40,812 nt of DNA from Octopus bimaculoides (taxonomy: Eukaryota): the NCBI RefSeq assembly GCF_001194135.2, contig NC_068982.1, positions 173,650,465 through 173,691,276 of the forward strand, given 5' to 3'. Numbering within the stretch: position 1 is the stretch's first letter; the number at the start of each line of letters is the position of its first letter. The translations under genes and the position numbers were made by a program. Below are positions 1 through 12,629 of the stretch, one piece after another. The notes under the pieces were generated by a model. That model saw only the letters and a list, made by a program, of their open reading frames with translations, was not told the origin of the DNA and made no database searches.

Positions 1-49
<49 letters not shown>

Positions 50-2849
50 AACACACATATGTAAATAGTCAATAGTTCTGGCGTATCAAGGGTAATTTGG
101 GTAATTTGATGAGCTAGAAATAACAGCTAAATAGTACCACCATTTTGGGAAAGAGAAAATATATATTAAATAATGTACGTACATTATATATGAAATGATA
201 ACTTCGGATAACAAGTGGCACAATTTTGGTACTAGATATCGATTCTGCTTGCTTGATATCACCCTGGGCGAAATAAAAACATCACCAACTTGAAATACTT
301 TTTCCAAGTTGAAATATTGCTACATTTTCTTCTTCGATTGTGTTTTCTGTACATCCTATGTCACCAAACTTTCCTGATCTCATTTGCTATTCTATCTATG
401 ATTAAGTTTTCATTTCGTATTTGAGGTTACTTTGTTTCATTTACTCTGTGAATTATGAAAATGCAATCATTCTGACTAAGAACTCTCATCATGTCTTGCA
501 GGAACTCTGTGTCCAGATGATTATTCGCTTGTTTCTTACTGTATTCAGCATTTGTGTTCTGCAGTGAACTTTATGAGTCCACCAATATATTTTGAGTACA
601 GTAATAGCATGTAACTCCTTTCATTTATTCCATTTGCGAAATTTTTAGCTGTGCAAGAGAAATGGAGTGATATATTTGTTGGAGCATTAAATCTATGTTG
701 CACATCAATAAATAGATTCCCATTTATGCACTTGGCCTGAAAATTTGGAGCCGGGGATAGTCGATTGCATCACTCCAAATACGTCAACAGTACTTCAATC
801 TTTTCGATAAATGGAAGTCAAATTTGGCGTACATAGTATTCAAACTCAGGACATAAAGGATCGTAACTAAGTAATCACAAAACATTTTTCACGACGTTTT
901 AACAACTAAGTCAACCTACCGCACGCGCATTCAGTGATCATCATTGTTTCCAGTACAAGTTCAATATTTGCAATTTTGAGAGGACGAGTGTGAGTGGACA
1001 CTTGGCTAATACATTATTTTATGGACCTAGAGAAGGTGACGTTGAATTAAAAAGAGTCAAACGACAGAAGAAACTCTGCAAGACATTTTGTTTGGATCTC
1101 TAATAATTCTGCCAATCGGATCTCTCTAGCTTATTCGTTAACCAATCGCTAATTCAAATGTAAAATTTATCCATTCAACAGACAAACCAATAAGAGAGCC
1201 TCTATGTGTGATGATTCGGAATGGGAGGTACAGCAACAAAATTTGCTTCAAACAACAGCCTACTATCTAAAAAGAAAATAAAGACCAGATTGAATTTGGC
1301 AGTTCTGTTTACACTGAATCTGATAAAAGTATGGGATGGTCATTGCTGTAATGTATTTGGTCATAATCTTTTTGGATTAAGGCGATATTGGGTTAAATTA
1401 CGACCCAAACAATAACTAAAAGAACAATCAATAAAGTGTTAATTGAAACGAAGTCCAAAAGAAACTACTGTTGTTGTGCATCATGAAAACAACAATTAAT
1501 TAAATATTTAACGTAGAATAATTTTATGTGGAGTGTGGATAGGGTAATGCCGACGTTTTGAGTAGAGCAACCTTTCCTGCCGAGACAATAAAAGTGATAT
1601 TTCTTGATAATATATTAAAAACACAAAAGTAGCAATTAATAAAAAAATGATAAACCAAAACAGAAAAGAAAACAATGAAACCTCTCGTGTTCCCATTTGC
1701 CTAAGTATAAAAAGAGGTACGGGTAGATATAAAACATGTGTTTATTATTAAGGAGTGTACATTAAACGAACGCCTGATGAAATTTTAACGGCCCTAAGAA
1801 TTTCAACGAGACCCTTTTTTGTTTTGTTTTGTTTGTTTTTCTTCTTTTTAAGCAAGATTCCAACCTCTGAAGTCTTAGATCTCTACTCGCTTATTGCCTT
1901 TTTTATGTGAAGCGGAACAATTCTTACTACCAACTCTCATTATTGAAAGCATCTTACCAATAAATACTCTATCATATAAAAACATATATATATATTTAAA
2001 GAAAAATAAAGTATAAAAAGAAATAAAATCAAGAAAAAATAAAAACAATAAAAAAACACAGCTTCTACCATGTTCTATGAAATCTCTTTCCAGCACATAT
2101 CCGAGCATGTTGCTATAAAGCTAGTAATAGTTTTTAGGGATTATTACTGATATTGAGCACCTGTGTTAAACTCTTCTGGCAATTAGTGTTTCGTTGCTCC
2201 TTGTCAGACAGTGTAGGAAGGTCAACAATTTGTACTTCCCAAGCATGCTTTTGTATAATTTATGATGTTATCTATGACTGACGGATAAAAAGTGAACCCT
2301 CGCGCGAATGTCTTTTGTTTTCTTTTGTTTTCTTATGCTGTTCTTCACTTCCGAACACCCATTTTTTCCATTTAGATATAGTTACAACACTAAAAATTTA
2401 GCTTAAATCTTTTGTCGTCGAGCACTCTCAGAAAACTTGGGCTCATGTTTACATGAATTAAGATTCACTGTGTAGAATATATGAATGTCTATTACGTGTA
2501 TACTGCCGTCATCCAAGAAAACACAGTAAGTCAACTTCCTGTGTTTTGTTGGAGAATGGTATTTTGAATTCTTTGGACCATACCTTATACATACTAGAGA
2601 TATGATCTGGAAAAATGTTCAACTATTCATTGTACAACAACCTGTGACACACAATAAGATGAACAAATTAGGATATAATTTTTACAGTTTTCTTTTTGCA
2701 ATTGTCTGTTTCGTGTTTCTTGACTGTTTTGTCACAGGCTGGCGGTATATGTGTGTGTGCGTGCATGTGTGTATCTGCATATATGTATATATATATGCAT
2801 ATATGTATATATATATATATATATAAATGCATATATGTATATATATATA

Positions 2850-3711
2850 NNNNNNNNNNNNNNNNNNNNNNNNNNNNNNNNNNNNNNNNNNNNNNNNNNN
2901 NNNNNNNNNNNNNNNNNNNNNNNNNNNNNNNNNNNNNNNNNNNNNNNNNNNNNNNNNNNNNNNNNNNNNNNNNNNNNNNNNNNNNNNNNNNNNNNNNNNN
3001 NNNNNNNNNNNNNNNNNNNNNNNNNNNNNNNNNNNNNNNNNNNNNNNNNNNNNNNNNNNNNNNNNNNNNNNNNNNNNNNNNNNNNNNNNNNNNNNNNNNN
3101 NNNNNNNNNNNNNNNNNNNNNNNNNNNNNNNNNNNNNNNNNNNNNNNNNNNNNNNNNNNNNNNNNNNNNNNNNNNNNNNNNNNNNNNNNNNNNNNNNNNN
3201 NNNNNNNNNNNNNNNNNNNNNNNNNNNNNNNNNNNNNNNNNNNNNNNNNNNNNNNNNNNNNNNNNNNNNNNNNNNNNNNNNNNNNNNNNNNNNNNNNNNN
3301 NNNNNNNNNNNNNNNNNNNNNNNNNNNNNNNNNNNNNNNNNNNNNNNNNNNNNNNNNNNNNNNNNNNNNNNNNNNNNNNNNNNNNNNNNNNNNNNNNNNN
3401 NNNNNNNNNNNNNNNNNNNNNNNNNNNNNNNNNNNNNNNNNNNNNNNNNNNNNNNNNNNNNNNNNNNNNNNNNNNNNNNNNNNNNNNNNNNNNNNNNNNN
3501 NNNNNNNNNNNNNNNNNNNNNNNNNNNNNNNNNNNNNNNNNNNNNNNNNNNNNNNNNNNNNNNNNNNNNNNNNNNNNNNNNNNNNNNNNNNNNNNNNNNN
3601 NNNNNNNNNNNNNNNNNNNNNNNNNNNNNNNNNNNNNNNNNNNNNNNNNNNNNNNNNNNNNNNNNNNNNNNNNNNNNNNNNNNNNNNNNNNNNNNNNNNN
3701 NNNNNNNNNNN
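2850..3711. other. Assembly gap (others: 4455-4887, 13173-14091, 22686-~23443, 27496-~28236, 29170-29322, 31567-31660, 35896-36079)
   Basis: N runs, almost all bordered by (TA)n, (CA)n or triplet microsatellites. Confidence 0.95.
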
Positions 3712-3772
<61 letters not shown>

Positions 3773-4199
3773 ATGTGTATATATGTGTGTTTATATATGT
3801 ATTTATATATATACGTGCGCATATAATGTGTATAGATGCATGCACACGAAAGCACACAAACACGCACACATTTAATGGAACATACTCCTCACAGAAAATG
3901 CGTGGCATAGTGTCCATGTTAGACATCATTATAGTAATAATAATATTTATAATAATATTAATAATAATAATAACAACAATAATAATGATAATAATAATAA
4001 TACATCCTACGCAAAATACTTTCAATACAGTAACCATAGGAGTATCACAGCAAACCACAGCACATACCCAAGGCACACAGAGCTGCGCTCGGTAGTGAAG
4101 TGAAAGCACGTTATAAAAAAAAAAAAAAACTACTGAATAATAATAATAATAATAATAACAACAACAACAACAATAATAATAATAACAATTATAATAATA

Positions 4200-4454
4200 A
4201 TACACTGGAAGCTATGCCAACACTATGGAATAATAACAGAAAAAAGATGGTATAAACACACGCCAGAAAAGGTCACAGAAAACGAGAAAGCAACCATACT
4301 CTGGGATATGCCAATACATACAGATAGAGAAATTAAGGCAAATAGACCAGATATAGTTGTCAAAGATCATGAAGAAAAAAATGCTTTCTAATTGATGTAT
4401 CAATACCAGCAGATGACAACGTTTCTCGAAAAGAAATGGAAACACTTTCAAAAT
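4200..4454 (+). mobile_element. 5'-truncated R4/Dong-type non-LTR retrotransposon fragment (restriction-like endonuclease region), runs into a gap
   Basis: Manual translation from 4200: IHWKLCQHYGIITEKRWYKHTPEKVTENEKATILWDMPIHTDREIKANRPDIVVKDHEEK, then a 1-nt frameshift in an A-run, then CFLIDVSIPADDNVSRKEMETLSK. The ILWD..I.TD...NRPD...LID pattern is the PD-(D/E)xK RLE domain of R2/R4/NeSL-group LINEs. Flanked by (TAA)n on both sides. Confidence 0.85.
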
Positions 4455-4887
4455 NNNNNNNNNNNNNNNNNNNNNNNNNNNNNNNNNNNNNNNNNNNNNN
4501 NNNNNNNNNNNNNNNNNNNNNNNNNNNNNNNNNNNNNNNNNNNNNNNNNNNNNNNNNNNNNNNNNNNNNNNNNNNNNNNNNNNNNNNNNNNNNNNNNNNN
4601 NNNNNNNNNNNNNNNNNNNNNNNNNNNNNNNNNNNNNNNNNNNNNNNNNNNNNNNNNNNNNNNNNNNNNNNNNNNNNNNNNNNNNNNNNNNNNNNNNNNN
4701 NNNNNNNNNNNNNNNNNNNNNNNNNNNNNNNNNNNNNNNNNNNNNNNNNNNNNNNNNNNNNNNNNNNNNNNNNNNNNNNNNNNNNNNNNNNNNNNNNNNN
4801 NNNNNNNNNNNNNNNNNNNNNNNNNNNNNNNNNNNNNNNNNNNNNNNNNNNNNNNNNNNNNNNNNNNNNNNNNNNNNNNNNNNNNNN

Positions 4888-4956
<69 letters not shown>

Positions 4957-4973
4957 CAACAACAAAAACTATG

Positions 4974-5007
<34 letters not shown>

Positions 5008-5009
<2 letters not shown>

Positions 5010-5270
5010 CGTTAGCACACTGGACGAAATGCTTAGTGGTATTTCGCCTGTCGCTACGTTCTGAATTCAAATTCCGCGGAGGTCGACTTCGCCTTTCATC
5101 CTTTCGTAGGCCTTGTGCCTATAGTAGTAAGGATTATTATTATCATTGTTCGCTAGCACACTGGACGAAATGCTTACCAGTTACTTATTGGGGTCGATGT
5201 AATCGACTAGTCCCCTCCCCACAAATTTCAGGCTTTGTGCCTTTAATAGAAAGGATTGTTATTATTATTG
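5008..5270 (+). mobile_element. Two tandem, internally deleted family A SINE copies
   Basis: Both start tagcacactggacgaaatgctta and both end ggc(c/t)ttgtgcct..aaggatt. Confidence 0.75.
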
Positions 5271-5480
5271 GGAGAGCAGCGCATGCCATCAAAGTGACAC
5301 TGAGGTACAATTTTATACGAAGCCCAATATGCCCATCATGACTACCTGTCCGATAAGGGTACACCAGGCACATGTATTACAGCCACATGTTCGCGACATG
5401 GTGATCTTATATCAAGATAAACAGCACATGACCTTGCAGATGGGGCCTAGTTAGAATTTTCTTCAGGTTGAGTAGCTCAA
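5270..5480. mobile_element. Fragment of another interspersed repeat (probable SINE body)
   Basis: GC-richer segment gcatgccatcaaagtgacactg..gataagggtacaccaggcacatg..gaccttgcag, recognised from memory as a common octopus repeat; only one copy here. Confidence 0.4.
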
Positions 5481-5694
5481 CTTACACATTTAGGAAAGAA
5501 GATAATCAGTTCAATCAGCCTGGTTACAAGGCTGGTTCATGATTTTAGAATAGGAAACCTGAGGTTGTCCTCTGAGGAATGCAAATTGTTAACGTATAGC
5601 GGTGCAACTGCATACAGCAAGTTTTGTTATTCTGAGATATAAAGGGTCTGTAAATGTAAATATATCTATAGATATATACATCCTTATATGTTCG

Positions 5695-5885
5695 TTTCAA
5701 ATTTTGGCACAAGACCAGCAACATCGGAGATAGGAACTAGTGGATTATATCGACTCCACTGTTCAACTGGTACTTATTTTATCGACCCCGAAAGGATGAA
5801 AGGCAAAGTCGATTCCGGTGGAATTTGAACTCAGAACGTACAGTCGGAAGAAATGCCGCTAAGCAATTTTTCCTGCTCATCATTC
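5695..5885 (-). mobile_element. SINE family A (Nin-domain-like), tail type 3
   Basis: ctggtacttattttatcgaccccgaaaggatgaaaggcaaagtcga..gaatttgaactcagaacgta. Confidence 0.8.
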
Positions 5886-5921
5886 TACCTTATATATATA
5901 TATATATANNNNNNNNNNTTC

Positions 5922-5965
<44 letters not shown>

Positions 5966-6180
5966 GTTAAAACATATCCGTATCGTTGACAGAATATATT
6001 TATCTTTAGAATCAAATAATGAAATTCAGTATATCTTTCACCACGCAGCCATCATATGACATAATCTGCTACGTGTATGTAAACATATTTAGTCTTGCTG
6101 CGAAGATTATTTTAGGTTAAAAGCCAAGTTAATAACGAAGCACGTCACCAGGAAGCAGATTAGGGAGATTTCGAGTTTCA

Positions 6181-6439
6181 CTAGAGAATCTCAATAAACC
6201 AATGATATATTAACGTATAAAGTAACTTGTGCGACGTACCACCCCCAGATATCTGTATGTTACAAAGATATGTCTCATGCAGCTGAACACAGCATCTTCT
6301 TGTGCCAACTGCAGTGTAGTTAATTACACTCTGCGCATCATTGACTTTAGTGTACTGAAAGATCTTGTCCGTTCTGTAGGAAACAGACTTACATGCGTCA
6401 AGAATCGTGCCATTTAAGTCAGCGTACATTTCATTGACT
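6181..6439 (-). CDS. Candidate terminal exon of a Cys-containing, possibly GPI-anchored (Ly6/uPAR-like) protein
   Basis: Stop-free frame VNEMYADLNGTILDACKSVSYRTDKIFQYTKVNDAQSVINYTAVGTRRCCVQLHETYLCNIQISGGGTSHKLLYTLIYHWFIEIL*, with a candidate acceptor ttaacatag at 6440. It shows a CC..CN motif, then small residues, then a hydrophobic tail. No upstream exon is established. Confidence 0.3.
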
Positions 6440-6596
6440 CTATGTTAATTACAGTTGGTAGTCGTGTTCTAAGTCAAGAAAAAAAAAACTAACAAAAAAA
6501 AAAGAAGAATCGAGAAGGAGAAAGTCTACACGGTCGTACAATCTTTCAGAAACAGCACCCAAATGTTCTGTCTTAAAGAGAAGGCAGAACACATTG

Positions 6597-7140
6597 GGCA
6601 ATATAATATAATATAATATAATTTATGTAATATAATATAATGAAATATAATATAATATAATATAATTTAAATGATATAATTCATATGATATATAATATAA
6701 TATAATATAATTTATATAATATATAATATCTGTAATAATAAATGGCAAAACGAATTTGTGTGTCAGTGTGTCACAATTTGACCCACTGTCTCACTATTCA
6801 ATGCCACTTCTACTCCTCTTGCTGGATGAGAGTAAGAGTAGGCATAGAGACAGTGAAGGCGGTAGTTTATTGACAGTTGGGATGGTAATGGGGTGATAGT
6901 AATAGTGTGAGCTGTAGTTGTGATAGAGGCAGAGGCGACGATGGTGGTGGTACCTGAGGCGGTCAAGCATGATGGTTATAGTAAGGGATGTGAAAGACAG
7001 TGGTGATGGTGGTGGAGTAGAAGGCGGCGAAATCGAAGGTGTTGATGGTGGTGGCGTCGAAAGTCAGAATGGTGTGTGTATGGCAGTTGTGGTAACGATG
7101 GTGGGTGTACTGGTGATGGTGATGGCTGAAAACAATCAAC

Positions 7141-7181
<41 letters not shown>

Positions 7182-7820
7182 AAACAGAAAAAAAATTGTA
7201 CTGACCCCCGAATGGGAAGACAAAAAATGTTTATCATGAAGCTTTGCAATAAGTTCCGAGTCGACATATATCATTGTTTTGACGAAAATTGTTCATTCCT
7301 TGAAAAATATTGGTCAAGTTTAAATTTAATATGTACTCAATGCATGAAGTGTCATCATTGGGCCCAAGGCCCAATGAAGAGCCCTCCGCAGGGCACCTAT
7401 CGGGCGGCTTTTAAGCTAGTAATATAATATAATTTATATAATATAATATGATTTATATAATATATATAATATATTATAATTTATATAATATGTAATAAAT
7501 AATATATTATAATTTATATAATATATAATATATTATAATATAATATAACTTATATATTTTATAATATAATGTATATAATATATAATATAATGATATTTCG
7601 TCTGTCTTTACGTTCTGATTTCAAATTCCACCGAGGTCGATTTTGCCTTTCATCATTTCGGGGTCGATAAATTAGTACCATTTGCGTTCTGGGATCGATC
7701 TAATCGACTAGCCCCCTCCCCAAAAATTTCGAGCCTTGTGCCCAGAGTAGAAAAGAATATATAATATAATATGATATAATTTATATGATATATAATATAA
7801 TATAATATAATATAATATTT
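6597..7820. repeat. (ATATA)n-type satellite blocks (6597-6735, 7420-7595, 7760-7820) with GGT/GA low-complexity sequence between
   Basis: Directly visible aatat/tataa pentamer arrays; (GA)n at 7145-7177. Confidence 0.9.
7595..7760 (+). mobile_element. SINE family A, 5'-truncated, inside (ATATA)n satellite
   Basis: ttcaaattccaccgaggtcgattttgcctttcatcatttcggggtcgataaattagtacca. Confidence 0.85.
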
Positions 7821-8079
7821 TGTCTGAAAAGAAGGTGGATAAACTAGGGCTAAATCAGAAAAAAAAACCTGTTTAACAGAAATTTAATCTAGTCAGCATC
7901 CATACAAATGAATTCTTCAACTGCAACCGATGTCACCACTACCACCCGACATCGCCTCTGTCGCCACCACCACCACCGCTGACATCGCCTCCGTTGCTAC
8001 CACCACAGCATATGAACTAACTCGTTAATTTATAACATACACTTTTTATCAAGATGCCAAGTGTAGTTGGATGTGTTAT

Positions 8080-8335
8080 CGTCGTCGTCGTCGTCATAGT
8101 AGTAGTAGCGGTAGGAGGAGGAGGAGGAGGGAATAGGAGGAGGAGGGAATAGGAGGAGGAAGAGAGGGAATAGGAGGAGGAGGAGAGGGAATAGAAGGAT
8201 GAGGAGAGGGAATAGGAGGAGGAGGAGAGGGAATAGGAGGAGGAGGGGAGGAGGAAGAGTAGTAGTAGTAGTAGTAGTAGGAGGAGGAGTAACAGGAGGA
8301 GGAGGAGTAACACGAGGGGGAGTAGCAGGAGGAAT
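8080..8335. repeat. GGA/AGT low-complexity tract with about 5 copies of gagggaataggaggagga
   Basis: Visible repeats; they account for the Pro/Ser/Leu-run ORFs. Confidence 0.9.
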
Positions 8336-8625
8336 TTGGTAGTGGTGGTGATGGTGTTTCATGCTCATGTTCAAGAATTTGTAATATAGCAATCATTTGC
8401 AAACTTTCGCAGTAGTTGAGGAATGAAGCCATGATTTGAGTATCATTCTTTTTAACCACTCATCTACCAGGAAATTTCAATGAAGGTTAGTTTGCCCAAA
8501 CTTAAGACATCAAGATGAAAACAAGTACAAAAGTAAGAGAAGACAATATGTGTGTGTGTGCGTATATATATTTATTTATTTATTTATGTGTTTCAGCCAA
8601 GTGGCTGAGGTCATGCTGGTGCACC

Positions 8626-8664
<39 letters not shown>

Positions 8665-8714
8665 AGCACTTATGCGGATAAACTAATTAGACACATTAAA
8701 TATTTTAAATATGT

Positions 8715-8932
8715 TTATTTCTTTATTTGCTGCAGGGTTTAAACATAAGGGCGGGGGACAAACAAGGACAGACAAAGGGATTAAGCCAATTAGATCTACC
8801 CCAGTGCGTAACTGGTACTTATTTAATCGACCACGAAAAGTCGACCTCGGCGGAATTTGAACTCAGAACGTAACAGTAGACGAAATACCGCTAAGCATTT
8901 TGCCCGGCGTGCTAACGATTCTGCCAGCTCAA
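8715..8932 (-). mobile_element. SINE family A, tail type 1
   Basis: Colinear with the 32343-32566 copy, with a small internal deletion. Confidence 0.85.
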
Positions 8933-9339
8933 CGTAACATCAAACACATCATATGTATAAATGTATACTAAATGTATACAGGTAATATGAGAAGAAGCAA
9001 AAGATGGAAACTTTCAGATGATATATTTTTATGTATAGATAAGATGGATATTTATATTAATAGGTCAAACTCACAGAGTTCAAAGGTTTCACCTTTGAAC
9101 TTCTTTGCATTAAGATATGAAACCTAAGATCTTCTCCACTCTGACAATGGAGGCTTGTCTTATCCAATGTTAATTGCATCTATATAGCAGCATATTGTAA
9201 TGAACTAAACTAACAATATTATGATGGATAGCCGAGCCTCTAGAAACAGCTGTTGGACTTATGACAGCTTTCTTCCACCCCTTTGATTTTCTCTGTCGTT
9301 TGTACTCTGTGTAAGTTGGTCATATTAATATAAATATCT

Positions 9340-9496
9340 AGGAATGACTGTGTGGTAAGTAGCTTGCTTACGAACCACATTGTTCTGGGTTCAGTCCCAC
9401 TGCATGGCACCTTGGGCAAGTGTCTTCTACTATATCCTCGGTCTAACCAAAGCCTTGTGAGTGGATTTAGTAGACGGAAACTGAAAGAAGCTCGTC

Positions 9497-9550
<54 letters not shown>

Positions 9551-9755
9551 GTTTGTGCGTCTGTGTTTGTCCCCTCACCATCGCTTGACAACCGATGTTG
9601 GTGTGTTCACGTCCCAGTAACTTAGTGGCTCGGCAGAATAGACCGATAGAATAAATACTAGGCTTACAAAGAATATGTGCTGGAGTCAATTTGTTCGACT
9701 AAAAGCGGTGCTCTAGCATGGCCGCAGTCAAAAGACTGAAAAAACAAATAATAAT
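9340..9755 (+). mobile_element. SINE family B (CORE-like, internal (TA)n), full length
   Basis: tRNA-like head tgtggtaagtagcttgc..gggttcagtccca, CORE-like accttgggcaagtgtctt, internal microsatellite and tail gcatggccgcagtc. Repeated several times in the window. Confidence 0.85.
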
Positions 9756-10047
9756 AATGTATTTACGTATAAAAATTCATCACCTGAAAGTTTCCACCTT
9801 TTGCATTCTCTCGTTTTGCATTTATACATATATAAATATCTTGTATTTGATGTATTTAACATGTTTAATGTTTGATGTGTCTAGTTTGTTTATCAGCATA
9901 ATTGACTCTATAACCGCTCGAATTGATCCCTTTTACAGATTTTTTTTACCTTGTGGAACGATCCCCTATAAAGACTTCGGAATCAAAATTTGAATCTTTT
10001 GAGCAATACAAAGTGTTTTCTGTACAGAGAATCACTGGATCTTATCT

Positions 10048-10184
10048 GTGTAAGAAGCTTGCTTCCTATCTCCTGGGTTCAGTCCCACTGTGTGGAAACT
10101 TGGGCAATTGTCTTCTACTATAGCCTCGGGCCGACCAAAGCCTTGTAAGCCAATTTGGTAGATGGAAACTAAAAGAAGCCCGAC

Positions 10185-10233
<49 letters not shown>

Positions 10234-10260
10234 TATATATAATATAATATATATATATAT
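10048..10260 (+). mobile_element. SINE family B, 5' half plus microsatellite
   Basis: gggttcagtcccactg..ttgggcaattgtcttctactatagcctcgggccgaccaaagcc matches the 9340 copy. Confidence 0.8.
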
Positions 10261-10284
10261 ATATACTCAAGAATCACCATGTAT

Positions 10285-10690
10285 AAGCGTGGTTGTGTGC
10301 TAAGAAGCCTGCTTCCAAACCAGATAGTTCTGGGTTCAGTCTCACTGCGTGACATCTTCGGCAAGTGTCTTCTACTATAGCCTTGTAAAGAGGATCTGTT
10401 AGACGGAAACTGAAAGAAGCCCGTCTTTATATATGTATATACTTATGCGTGTGTGTCTTTGTGTCTGTGGTTGTCTCCAACACAAACACACCAACATTTG
10501 ACAACCGATGTTGGTGTGTTTACGTCCTCGTAACATAGCGGTTCATCGAAAGAGACGATAGAATAAGTACTAGGCGTACAAAGAATAAATCCTGGGGTCG
10601 ATTTCTTTCATTAAAAAACCCTTTAATGCGGTGCTCTAGCATGACCGCAGTCAAATGACCGAAACAAGTAGAAGAATAAAAGAATACATA
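10285..10690 (+). mobile_element. SINE family B, full length
   Basis: Colinear with the 9340 copy from head to the gaataaaagaata tail. Confidence 0.85.
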
Positions 10691-11589
10691 TTCACGTGAT
10701 CAGCCTGTAACCGCACTCCTTACTCTACACACACATACAAACGCGCTCATACAAACGCACTCATATACACAGACACTTATACATGCACAAACGCATATTC
10801 ATGTATAGATGTTTGGCGAAGATATTTTGCAGTATTTTGTTACGTGCTTTATATTACGAAATCAAATTGTGCTCGCGACTACTTTGTCTCACCCCACCAC
10901 ATTTCCGAGGTCAATATAACTGAAAAATTTTACTTGAAAGCATTGACACTCTAGAAAATGCTTTATTGAAACCTCCCAAAAGCTATACAGCTAACCTTTA
11001 AATTCCTCGTTTCTTCCTGGTTGTAATTTTGGTTATAAAGTATATGTATATCTGTGCGACCTAACGTAACAGGGATAAGTTTTACTACCATACTCCTGAT
11101 ACTTTTCAGTCATTCATGCTGCTCCACTTTTTAAAAATATTTCTGTTATTGCTTGCTCTTAAAAATTATTTAATTTTACGTACAATTGATTTCTCAATGT
11201 TCTAATGTCACGTTGGTCTTTGCATCTATATTCGTTTTGCAGTTTACACTGAGAAAATATTCCACAGAGTAACAGAACTATTATTTTCAATAGCAATTCA
11301 TGATTGGTTTTGTTTCCATTTTTCTTCTGTTTTTATCCATATGTTTTACGAATTTCCCAGTCTTATATTTTCTCTACCCTGTTATTCTTTCCATTTGTAT
11401 TCTATTAATACTTCTCTGCTATATCACAAATGTCTAGTGATTAACAGTTTCGTTTTCCTTATCCCATATCTTACCCTCCCATTTCTGCTTTAAAAAGCTT
11501 TTTCTAATTACTTATTCTACATCTTTCACTTATTTCTACCATATTTAGTATATCTTCAGTTTGCTTGACAAATTTCCTATGAAACATCT

Positions 11590-11921
11590 TTACACTGAAC
11601 TATCATCGTCACTGGACTATCATCTCTTCGGTCCCATGAAAGAGGGTTTGAGAGGCAAACATTATTCCAGTGACGTGGATGTGAAAACTGTAATGAAGAA
11701 GAAGTGGCTCAAAGAACAATCAACAGAATTTTACAGGGCAGGGATACATGCTCTCAATTGAAGGTGGAACATTGCTATTGAGAGAAACGGTGACTATGTT
11801 GAGAAGAAGAGATGTGATACTCAGAGGACCAAGCTCCATTTGGATGCATGATACATGTTCATGTGTTGGTAATTATACCTGTCCTAAACAAAATGGCATT
11901 ACATTTTGACTCACCCTCGTA
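11590..11921 (+). mobile_element. Mariner (Tc1/mariner) transposon 3' remnant with right TIR
   Basis: DYHLFGPMKEGLRGKHYSSDVDVKT..KWLKEQSTEFYRAGIHALN*RWNIAIERNGDYVEK is a mariner transposase C-terminus with an in-frame stop. The element ends in a TIR-like ttttgactcaccctcg followed by TA (11920-11921). Confidence 0.85.
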
Positions 11922-12629
11922 TGTTATTACCAAGCTACCGAGAGAGACATAGGTATAAAGAATTATGATATAGCATGAATGCCAAATAATGTCAAGACAG
12001 TCTAGAATCCAGAACAGAAATTCATGTAGACATTATGCATTCATTAATCGATTTATACTATTGCAATGCGTCTCAGCGTCTGACATGCCAACATGTCAAA
12101 ACACACTACTCCACACGTTATCTATCATCACTTTCGATATTCTTTCCCTTTCCGAAGTGTATTTGTTCTACTTCTAAGGGGAAGAATGCCATATAGTCAA
12201 CAATCCCTGTTAGAAGCTTTCATTTAAATAGCATAAGGACATTCATTACATTTTGCTATCCCTCATGGGAGACGCAATAGAGTACAGTTTGCATATCTGA
12301 GATGATGATGGTTCTGATGGTGATTATTAAAACCTTGTAGACTAAAACCAAATGTAAATCATTAAGCAGATCGGCAATTCGCCTTCACTAAAACGTCACA
12401 ACCATCGCCTCACAGACACGCTGTTTCTCTTCTATGATTCTTCTACTACTTCTCACAGTGTTTGATCGTCTCTAGATTAACAAGCCTCATAAAATCTCGC
12501 TGCGTCATTGTTCTTATCCCTGCAAATCTCAGACCAAAGAAATCGCTTTGAAACTTCTTGTTCAATCACACTAGGATTCACTATTTTCCAACGTTTTATT
12601 TATAAAGTTCAAACTGAAAAGAAAATCGC

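Noticed and set aside
1508-1696. 62-aa ORF with an N-terminal hydrophobic stretch (type II membrane-like)
   Set aside because: The hydrophobicity comes from a T-rich tract; no family similarity or supporting exon structure.
1775-1815. CTGATGA followed by a gaaatt/aatttc inverted hexamer
   Set aside because: The GAAA box and stems I and III are missing, so it is insufficient for a hammerhead call.
2668-4205. Long ORFs of 300-500 aa here and at 12508-14235, 22577-23558 and 27396-28275
   Set aside because: They are made of N gaps and dinucleotide/trinucleotide repeats, so they are not coding evidence.
5884-5945. Direct repeat ttctaccttatatata.. on both sides of a 10-N gap
   Set aside because: Typical unmerged contig overlap; probably an assembly artefact.
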